Part shown: one piece after another, positions 63,055 to 64,000 of the stretch | Layout of the letters: the number at the start of each line of letters is the position of its first letter | Numbering within the stretch: position 1 is the first letter of the stretch | Assembly: GCA_002269645.1 (NCBI GenBank) | Contig: NIVC01001826.1 | Coordinates: 1-64,000 of the forward strand | Source: Macrostomum lignano | Lineage: Eukaryota | Length of the DNA stretch: 64,000 nt | Reading direction: 5' to 3' | Notes under the pieces: model-generated | Databases searched by the model: none | What the model was told of the DNA's origin: nothing | The model's input: the letters and a program-made list of their open reading frames with translations, nothing else | Program-made: the position numbers and the translations under genes

Positions 63055-64000
63055 CTGCGCGTATGCATGGGAGGGAGCGGAAATTTGTTTTAAGGTAATC
63101 GTTTTTATCTATTTATACTACTAGAAGTCAATCAGTAGTACCACAAGCATTTTATCTAGATATTGTATAGGCGTCGTACCAAAAGTTTCAGCCCGCTCGA
63201 TTTATTAATTAATTTGCATCTAATTTTCTCGTCAGAATGGCGGAAATTTCAGATCAAAAGCGTTATTCTTGTGCTGAATATGCTAGTAAGGACACCAACA
63301 GATTAGCAGTAAAATAAAGGAGCAATAATAGGCTGCAAAAAGAAATCAAGAGAACCAATCAAAGAGAGCAATGAAATTCTTTTTTCTGATTGTTAATATT
63401 ACAATCCTACTTCTCATTTTTCTTTTGGTCTTTAGGGTAGCTAAATATACATTCCCAGTGAAAAGATACCTAATACCCTATCCTCTGCCTGTTGTCAAAG
63501 TTTCTGCACCGTATCTCCGCCTTCGTTTATGTTTATTCTCGAAGCAAAAAGAACCGATATCAAGCAAGATAAAAAAGTTTTGTCCGCGCGACAAGAGGGC
63601 TTAGTGTAGGTGCTAGAGATTTGCTCGTTTTGTTATGTTTAGGTCTCACGCCTCTCGGCCGTTGCTTGTCATTACTTAATTTTCTGTGTGTAAGAAAATA
63701 ATTTCCAGAGTATGCCATAGTATAGTACGCCTTACCCCTCACCCTCTTGATGGGGGCACCGAGTATCCAATCGGACCAATCCACAGTGAGCTAAAATATG
63801 CGGCTGCGGCGCGGCCGAGCCCTGGCCGCCGCAACTCAAGCGCGCCCAATTCAAGTTAATTAGAATTGCGGGGCGGGGTGCCAAAACCCGCGCGGGCAAG
63901 ATGGAGGAGGGAGGGCTAGCGGGCGGCCGCCGCCTCTGCCCGCCAGCCTTTTTTCAAAGTTGGCGCTGTTTTATTCATTCAACTGATTTTCTTCTCTGTT

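Overview
Eukaryotic (metazoan) genomic DNA: GC-rich exons separated by AT-rich introns and intergenic DNA filled with private micro- and minisatellites. The architecture suggests the flatworm Macrostomum lignano or a relative (inference, no database search run). Genes assembled by hand from GT-AG exons: 5' part of NUP188 (- strand, running off the left edge); a complete 7-exon G-protein beta subunit (340 aa, +); a 2-exon type I membrane mucin-like protein (-); a complete 12-exon APPL BAR-PH-PTB adaptor (673 aa, -); a 3-exon calumenin/reticulocalbin-like CREC protein ending in REDL (-); a neuropeptide precursor with a single coding exon encoding FxPLRamide-type peptides (+); and the last exon of a Pitx-type K50 homeobox gene (-). 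Most long ORFs in the supplied track are artefacts of tandem repeats. Notable non-coding structure: a TAGGCCTA palindrome cluster, several MITE/foldback elements, an inverted repeat with a reciprocal TG/CA CpG-decay signature, a 133-bp duplicated splice acceptor inside a G-beta intron, and satellites whose units are perfect AP-1/E-box, octamer or 5' splice-site motifs.
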